Assembly (NCBI GenBank): GCA_964584035.1
Contig: CAZOYL010000088.1
Span: forward strand, 1-11,326
Length of the DNA: 11,326 bases
Direction of reading: 5' to 3'
DNA from: an uncultured Gemmatimonadota bacterium
GTDB lineage: Bacteria > SM23-81
This document shows, in pieces, positions 6,821-11,326 of the stretch. The notes below the pieces were generated by a model. It had not been told where the DNA came from, ran no database searches, and saw nothing but the letters and a program-made list of their open reading frames with translations. The first letter of the stretch is position 1, and every line of letters begins with the position of its first letter. A program made the translations under genes and the position numbers.

Positions 6821-6844
6821 TCGTCAGGAAGGATATCGTCAGGA
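6821..6844. repeat. 9-bp direct repeat TCGTCAGGA x2 (period 15) in the sprA-comEA spacer
   Basis: The + strand has tcgtcagga at 6821-6829 and 6836-6844, immediately adjacent to the sprA stop codon. Function unknown. Confidence 0.5.
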
Positions 6845-9800
6845 TCAGAATCTGAGTTCGGTCCAAAATCCGAGCTCTCGGACTCTCCGTTTCTGGTTCG
6901 TCTTACGATCGTCGCTGTTCATCCAGACGGCATTTAATCCGCCGGTGACATTCTTGCTGAAACTGTAACTGGCCGTCGGCTGCACCCGTAATTCCTTGGT
7001 ATCGGCCTTGACATTGAAACCCAAGCCCTGTAGAGCGGTCCGCTCCACATTCTTCCGGGTGGAGACATCCAGAGAGAGGTTTAAATTGCTGGTGAACTTG
7101 ATACGCCCGAGAAGAGGAAGGCGAATGCCCTGGGGAGAGCTGAATGAATAGCCGATGTTGAAAGAATAGGTCTGTTCTTCCCGCTTGGTTGTGGTCGCCG
7201 AGCCATAGAATATCTTCTGTTCGCTGAATACTTTTGTGGTCTTCAGGGTCGTGCTGACATTTTTCTTCCAGCGCGCCGTCCAGGCCAGCAGCGGGGAGTA
7301 ATCCTTGGTTTCCGATTCGGAGCTCAGCTTGTGCAATCCCTCGTCCCCTTTTTCCTCATGCTTTCTGGCGTAACCGAAATCCAGGCTGGAGGCCTCCAGC
7401 AGCATGCCCAGAGGACCCAGCTTATTCACATTGCCCCACCGAATCGAGATGTCCGGGAAATTCACCGTCTTCGTCTGATCGGCCTTATCCGGCGTCCTGT
7501 TGATGTTATCGCGCAGTTTATAGCTGGTCCCCAGATCGATGCCGGGCACGATCTCCACTCCCGTTTTGATGCTCCAACTGGAGGAAATTCCCTCGCGATT
7601 GTTCTGGTAAACCTGCGGATTCTGAGCGGATTGCGGATCCTCGGTCAATCCCAGCTGAAATTTCCAGGAGGGGCGAGAGACTAATCCGGCGAGGTTAAAA
7701 TTCTTGTCCCTCTGATAGCTGGCCCGAACGGGGTCGATCCGGCCGGTCAGTTTTCTGATTTGAAAAACGAACCATTGGGGCGAACCGGGTCCGACTTCGG
7801 CCGACTTGGGTTTGGCCCAATCGCCGAACAGTTTCTTGAAATTCAGGCTGAGATCGACCGACTGGGCATTCTTGACGCTCACCGACCGGCCTCCGCTGGC
7901 CCCGCTGTTGGGATCGTTGTTCTCAGAGTAGTCCGCCCGGTAACTATAGCTGTTGGACAGGAACTTCACGATGGTCGGCTGGTAATCGAGCGTGGCCGTC
8001 TGCTTCCTACTAAGCTCCTTTCCCAGGCGCAACTTGCCCAGATCGATGCGACGGTCATCGCGCAGATCCATGATATTGGAAATACTGTAATCGGTCTTCA
8101 GACTTTTCAACAGATTGAAGCCCACCTCGGCCCGATTCTCCAGATCCCGGTTATAGGTGGTCTTCTCGTTCGCCAGGCGATCGATCTGATAGGTTCTTCT
8201 CCTGGCCAGCGAAGAATTGAAGTCAAGGCGGCTGGGCAGCGGAGAGAATGCCGTCCCCGAAAACAGCTCCGGCAGGATCCCGGTCGTCCAGCCCAACGGC
8301 TTCAGGGAAATCTGCTTTCGCGGGGTGAGATCATAGCTCAGGGAAGCCTCGTAGCTGGAAGAGTTGCTGACAGGATGGGTGGGCGTGCGGCTTTCTCTTT
8401 GTGAAAGAGCCAGATCTGTCCGGATCCGTTCCAGAGTCCAGGCCACGATCCAATTTCCGGACTTCTTGGCCTTGCTGAGGGAGATATTGGCCGTCCGGGT
8501 GTCCGACTCGGTGCGATCGGCCTCCCTCTGCGCGGCGGGAAGGACGATATCGGATCCCGGCTTCAGCCTGGGAAGCTGAAGTTCGGTCGCCCAGGATCCC
8601 TGCAGCGGCAGTGAAAATCCCCAGCTGGCTGGCAGAAATTTGTCCAGATGCAGGCTGCCTCTGATGTTCCTGCGGCTGGTGGTCATGCCCGATCCGGTCT
8701 TTTCTCTGAGGCCGCGAAACTCGCTGTCTTTCTGACGATACGAAAATGAGAATCCGGCAAAATCGGCAAAATCAGCATCCACCGAAACCCGCCCCGCCCA
8801 ACCGGCTACCCGCCGTACATCGGTGACCAGCAGCTCGTCCAGCCAGATCTCGCCGGTGATCACATCTTCGGAACGATTGATGATACCGATCTCGAACCAT
8901 TTCACCGAAGAGAGCGAGGGCCGCCCATAAATCCTGTAATTCCCATCGGTTGTATCGAGTACCGCGCCTTCCTGCCCCTCGATCCGCCTCAGAGCAGCAT
9001 CTTTCAGGCCGGTGATCTCCTCGAAGTTGATGACCACCTCATTGCGGCCATCCCACAGCTGGGACGCGTAGTAGACCGGGGTATGATACTCATAATAATC
9101 ATTGCCGCTGTCACCCAGGCGGAAATAGAACTCCACCCGGCTGGAATCACCAGGAGAGCATCCCTCGCTGCCGTGAACGAACATTCGTAGCTCCCCGTAT
9201 CCGGTGTAATCCTCGCGGGAATAGAGTATTCGTTGAGCCGACCCGTAATGCTGGGGCCGAAGATTAGAAAATTGCATAACCAGAGATTGTTCCCTCTTGG
9301 GGATATTGGTGGCCCGGTCCTTTTCAGGAGTCACTCCGGGCGGCGAACGGTAATCCTCATTCTCGTGGGTGTTCTTCACCGCCAGATCGAAACTCTCATC
9401 GGCCCCGATATCCTGGCTGAGCGAGTCGGCCTGGGCCACACCCAGTTCCTCCCATTTGTTGCCCACGATCTCCAGAGAAGCAATCTGCACCAATGTGGAC
9501 CTCGTCACTCCGGTGATCCACAGGCGGGCATACTTGATCGTGCGCCAGTCGACATCGGCCGAGCCTCTTTTATGAAACCAGTCCGCCAGAGAATCCCTCA
9601 GGGCCACGCGGTAGAGCCGCCAGCCGTTGCTCTCGGTGCCGATGACCTGGTTGACGGTGTCGGACAGATCGATGTTGAACTGGAAATATCCGTTCTCGGT
9701 CTCCAGGTATCCCGATTTATCCAGATCCTCGGTATCCGGGCGCCGTCCGGCATCGGGATCGTCGGCATTTCCCTCCGTGCCGTTAATGCGCCGGTAGTCG

Positions 9801-11326
9801 TATTTATTCACGCTGGTATCATAGTACCAATCATCATTGCCGTCGTCGCCGGCCACGCCGGCACCATCTTTGCCGGCCACACCGTCCAGCCCGGTGTCCT
9901 CATCTTCATCCAGGATCCCGTCCCGCACTCCGTTGCGGACTTTATCTTCGGTGTCGAGGATGCCATCTGCGTTGATGTCCTCACTGATGATGCCCAGATC
10001 GATGCTGAGAACTCCCTCATCGCCCTTGACCCACAGCTCGAGATATTTGCTCCTTCTCTGGTCCCAATATCCCTGGGAGAAATATCGCATGATGCCGCCC
10101 CATTGTTCATCGGACGGAGCGCTCAGACTGGTGTCCGGAGTGAACTCCAGATTCAGAGTGTGAATGCGGCTGTCCTCGCTGAGCGTCTTCTTATTGGGCC
10201 AGATATCCTGAACCAGAACCCGGTCCCAGGGATTGTACCAGATGAGACCTCCCCGAGCCGTACTGTCGGGAAGAGGTTCGTTGAAATCATCGAGCGGCTC
10301 GCTGGATCGCGTCCAGGTTGTTCTCATGACCGACAGATTGAGGGCCTCTTTGCTGCCCTCGAAATCGTCGATATAGGCTTCCCCTAATGTATTCGGATTG
10401 GGCAGGCTCTGAGCCACCTCAGCAGAGATATTAAATGAGGAGGGCTGGTCGGTCTCCACCAGAGGTACGGCGTTCACGGCCGCGGACATGATGGAAGGCT
10501 GGAACTTGAGGGCCATGTCCGCGTCCCAGACGAAGGTTCGGGTGGGCTCCTGCCCCACGCGGGGCTTCTGCTCCAGGGTCTTCTCGCTGCGGAATAGGGC
10601 CGTGGCCCCGAATTGGGCATTCTCCCCCAGGTCATACTCCGCCCTGGTGCCCAACAGGGTCTTCTGCGCCGGCATAAAGAAAGGGGCATAATCGAAATCG
10701 ACGCTCACATCGGCGTTGGGATTGGTGGCTTTTTCGGAAAGCAGGGAGATCTGACCGATCTCGTAGATGACGCTGTAATCCCGGCCCTCCTGGAGTCGTT
10801 CGCCGCTGGCGGTGACCACCACACTGCCGTCGATAACGTTCATATAACCCAGGCTATAGGTCGTTTTCTTATTGACGAATTCCACCTTGATGTAATAACG
10901 GCTGGAATCGATCTTGGCCCTCTGGTCATCGCTGTCGTAAATGGCCGCGATCTTGTCCTCAAGCTCCAGATCGTCACTGATCGGTCCGGCCGGATCGAAG
11001 GGACGGTGGTCTGGAAAGATCAGCTCTCCCCGGCTGAGATCGACCAGATATCGTCCCAGATCTACCTCATCGTCGGGATTGGCCGCGCCGTTCAGATCGA
11101 CCTCATCGAGGCCGAAGATCTGCAGCAGGGGGGCGCCGTCCTCCTGGGTGGTCAGGGACGGCTGACTGGGAATCTCTCTGTAGATCTTGACGTGAAAATC
11201 CTGAGTGTTCTGAATATTGCGGGTTCGCAGATCATAGACGTTCTTCCATTCCAGCGCCCAGGTGGTATCCTCCGGGGTGGCGTTATGAGGTTTAATCAAC
11301 TTCAGCTGGAAGGTGGTGTCGGGAGG
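6845..11326 (-). CDS. sprA: SprA/Sov-family large outer-membrane beta-barrel (T9SS translocon-like); partial, N-terminus lies beyond the window end
   Basis: The frame stays open past the track's TTG to the window edge (PPDTTFQLKLIKP...), giving at least 1493 aa. SprA-type motifs include LKLIK...W.LE.KNVY.L, AYIDDFEGS, RG.L.WYN, WGGIMR, DLGIISED, DTGLDG, INGTEGN, PDTEDL, GWRLYRV, EQSL, LRMFVH, YYEY, GEIWLDEL and FADF. The C-terminal part is rich in amphipathic beta strands and ends in a terminal Phe (ELRF, beta-signal). Confidence 0.9.
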   Translation of the reverse strand, partial: PPDTTFQLKLIKPHNATPEDTTWALEWKNVYDLRTRNIQNTQDFHVKIYREIPSQPSLTTQEDGAPLLQIFGLDEVDLNGAANPDDEVDLGRYLVDLSRGELIFPDHRPFDPAGPISDDLELEDKIAAIYDSDDQRAKIDSSRYYIKVEFVNKKTTYSLGYMNVIDGSVVVTASGERLQEGRDYSVIYEIGQISLLSEKATNPNADVSVDFDYAPFFMPAQKTLLGTRAEYDLGENAQFGATALFRSEKTLEQKPRVGQEPTRTFVWDADMALKFQPSIMSAAVNAVPLVETDQPSSFNISAEVAQSLPNPNTLGEAYIDDFEGSKEALNLSVMRTTWTRSSEPLDDFNEPLPDSTARGGLIWYNPWDRVLVQDIWPNKKTLSEDSRIHTLNLEFTPDTSLSAPSDEQWGGIMRYFSQGYWDQRRSKYLELWVKGDEGVLSIDLGIISEDINADGILDTEDKVRNGVRDGILDEDEDTGLDGVAGKDGAGVAGDDGNDDWYYDTSVNKYDYRRINGTEGNADDPDAGRRPDTEDLDKSGYLETENGYFQFNIDLSDTVNQVIGTESNGWRLYRVALRDSLADWFHKRGSADVDWRTIKYARLWITGVTRSTLVQIASLEIVGNKWEELGVAQADSLSQDIGADESFDLAVKNTHENEDYRSPPGVTPEKDRATNIPKREQSLVMQFSNLRPQHYGSAQRILYSREDYTGYGELRMFVHGSEGCSPGDSSRVEFYFRLGDSGNDYYEYHTPVYYASQLWDGRNEVVINFEEITGLKDAALRRIEGQEGAVLDTTDGNYRIYGRPSLSSVKWFEIGIINRSEDVITGEIWLDELLVTDVRRVAGWAGRVSVDADFADFAGFSFSYRQKDSEFRGLREKTGSGMTTSRRNIRGSLHLDKFLPASWGFSLPLQGSWATELQLPRLKPGSDIVLPAAQREADRTESDTRTANISLSKAKKSGNWIVAWTLERIRTDLALSQRESRTPTHPVSNSSSYEASLSYDLTPRKQISLKPLGWTTGILPELFSGTAFSPLPSRLDFNSSLARRRTYQIDRLANEKTTYNRDLENRAEVGFNLLKSLKTDYSISNIMDLRDDRRIDLGKLRLGKELSRKQTATLDYQPTIVKFLSNSYSYRADYSENNDPNSGASGGRSVSVKNAQSVDLSLNFKKLFGDWAKPKSAEVGPGSPQWFVFQIRKLTGRIDPVRASYQRDKNFNLAGLVSRPSWKFQLGLTEDPQSAQNPQVYQNNREGISSSWSIKTGVEIVPGIDLGTSYKLRDNINRTPDKADQTKTVNFPDISIRWGNVNKLGPLGMLLEASSLDFGYARKHEEKGDEGLHKLSSESETKDYSPLLAWTARWKKNVSTTLKTTKVFSEQKIFYGSATTTKREEQTYSFNIGYSFSSPQGIRLPLLGRIKFTSNLNLSLDVSTRKNVERTALQGLGFNVKADTKELRVQPTASYSFSKNVTGGLNAVWMNSDDRKTNQKRRVRELGFWTELRF

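Noticed and set aside
9233..10387. 384-aa plus-strand ORF and other long + strand ORFs (for example 7760-8404, 3934-4536, 2951-3532, 2431-2958, 64-450)
   Set aside because: They are antisense shadows of well-supported minus-strand genes, as expected in GC-rich DNA, and show no recognisable motifs.
11297..11299. TTG at 11299 as the sprA start
   Set aside because: The frame is open to the window edge, the codon falls inside a conserved LKLIK motif, and no signal peptide follows. The true start lies upstream of the window.
1..11326. tRNA, rRNA, CRISPR arrays, frameshifts or in-frame stop recoding
   Set aside because: Almost the whole window is covered by intact ORFs, and the intergenic gaps are at most about 110 nt with no cloverleaf or repeat-spacer pattern.

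Overview
GC-rich bacterial chromosomal segment with ten genes, all on the minus strand. Reading from high to low coordinates: a 5'-truncated giant SprA/Sov-family (T9SS translocon-like) outer-membrane protein, ComEA, a clean sigma70 promoter, an atypical pilin-like protein with 3 Cys + His, a shortened orphan PilM, RsmD, CoaD, RadC, a nucleotide N-glycosidase (NDT/RCL/MilB fold), a GlcD-like FAD oxidase, and a 3'-truncated DUF2723/TMEM260-like (GT117) membrane glycosyltransferase that is missing from the supplied ORF track. Gene content suggests an FCB-superphylum bacterium, and the canonical -35/-10 and GGAGG Shine-Dalgarno signals point away from Bacteroidia (inference). The most notable feature is a SprA-type barrel clustered with competence-type genes (comEA, ComGC-like pilin, pilM, radC) and a putative protein O-mannosyltransferase, whose candidate D-S/T sequons occur in the neighbouring exported proteins. 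No RNA genes, CRISPR arrays or mobile elements were seen. All family calls come from motif recognition by eye; no database search was run.
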